Source of the DNA: Burkholderiales bacterium PBB3 | GTDB taxonomy: Bacteria; Pseudomonadota; Gammaproteobacteria; Burkholderiales; Burkholderiaceae_C | Direction: 5' to 3' | DNA: 64,000 bases | Assembly (NCBI GenBank): GCA_002256115.1 | Contig: NKIK01000003.1 | Location: 194,280-258,279 of the forward strand | Shown here: piece after piece, positions 63,121 through 64,000 of the stretch | Layout of the letters: each line of letters starts with the position of its first letter | Numbering within the stretch: position 1 is the stretch's first letter | Translations under genes and position numbers: made by a program | Notes under the pieces: model-generated | Databases searched by the model: none | The model's input: only the letters and a program-made list of their open reading frames with translations | Told to the model about the DNA's origin: nothing

Positions 63121-63954
63121 TCATGCGCGTTTTCGGGTCGGGTACTCGCTCATCACCACGGCAATGACCACCAGAGCCGCACCGATAGAGGCCTGCAAAG
63201 CCAGTGCCTCGCCGAGCCATAGCCATGCAAACACGGCGGCAAATACCGGCTCCGTGGCGTAGACCAAGGCGGCTTTGTCGGCAGTAACATGGCGCTGGGC
63301 AATCGCTTGCAAAAAGAGCATACCCGCAGTGGCTATCACGCCCAAGTACACCAATCCTGCAAACACTTGCCAATCCATTCTGTCGGGCAAAGTAGCCAAG
63401 CTGTCGGTGCCAACGGACGCCAACACCATCCACACGCCACCCAAGCCAGCCATCCAGACCACCTGCGTAGCCGCCAAATGTTTGGGGTTATGGCGCACCG
63501 CCCATTTTGACAAGATGATGACGTCTATTGCATACGCCAAGGCACCCAAAATGGTTGCAGCATCTGCCCACCAATGGGCACCGCCCTCCCACGACATCAA
63601 GCCAATGCCAACACAGGCGAGGGCTGCGGCAGCCCATACTAGCCAACTCGGGCGTGCACCCAGCACGAAGCCCAACATGGGAACCATCAGCACATTGAGA
63701 CTGGTGAGGAAGGCACTGCGGTTAGACGAGATGTGTTCCAAGCCATAGGCCTGCGCCACATAAGACGCCAGCACGATGACGCCCAGCACACCACCATCTC
63801 TCCAGGCTTGCTTAGGCGCGCGCACTGCAAAAGGCAGCATCAGCGCCGCTGCAATGAACCTATTTCCGGCAGTTGAAGCTACTAAAACCTGCTGCAAGTT
63901 AGACTGGGAGCCGAGTTCAACGAATTTGTAGAGGTCACCAAATGGGTGAAGCAA
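63121..63954 (-). CDS. EamA/DMT-family transporter
   Basis: 10-TM hydrophobic pattern with duplicated EamA halves. Confidence 0.7.
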   Translation of the reverse strand: MLHPFGDLYKFVELGSQSNLQQVLVASTAGNRFIAAALMLPFAVRAPKQAWRDGGVLGVIVLASYVAQAYGLEHISSNRSAFLTSLNVLMVPMLGFVLGARPSWLVWAAAALACVGIGLMSWEGGAHWWADAATILGALAYAIDVIILSKWAVRHNPKHLAATQVVWMAGLGGVWMVLASVGTDSLATLPDRMDWQVFAGLVYLGVIATAGMLFLQAIAQRHVTADKAALVYATEPVFAAVFAWLWLGEALALQASIGAALVVIAVVMSEYPTRKRA

Positions 63955-64000
63955 AAAGACGTCAATTGGCTGCGCAAGCGCAAGCCATGGATGTCATGTT

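Overview
High-GC (about 60-65%) chromosomal window that looks betaproteobacterial (Comamonadaceae-like gene order DUF3426-prmA-accC-accB; taxon is an inference). The housekeeping backbone is accBC, prmA, pbpC, dinB, lldD, queF, yaaA, valS, cysM and tRNA-Leu(CAA). Several accessory blocks interrupt it: (i) a type I R-M operon hsdM-hsdS-fic-hsdR (8.3-16.4 kb); (ii) a putative XhoI/PaeR7I-like type II R-M pair (18.9-21.3 kb); (iii) a PAS hybrid histidine kinase / HD-GYP phosphorelay cluster (28.5-34.6 kb); (iv) hipBA plus a low-GC segment encoding a small secreted protein (35.0-37.8 kb); (v) a tight five-gene minus-strand operon (37.85-47.15 kb) encoding a YqiJ/NfeD-like membrane protein, a flotillin/SPFH protein, a double zinc-ribbon protein, a 1,724-aa protein carrying one MoxR-like AAA+ module, and a single-HKD PLD-family protein, which is the best candidate here for an undescribed membrane-associated (defence?) system; (vi) a ccdAB-like toxin-antitoxin pair translationally coupled to a SAM methyltransferase. 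A truncated IS200-family tnpA lies at 6.6 kb. A family of about 38-bp dispersed repeats (10 full copies plus one partial; core GGCCGTGGATAGTGCGGGAGCAGCTCC) marks most island borders. It sits in-frame inside pbpC and the methyltransferase ORF, supplies the 3' end of the dinB ORF, and is always co-oriented with local transcription.
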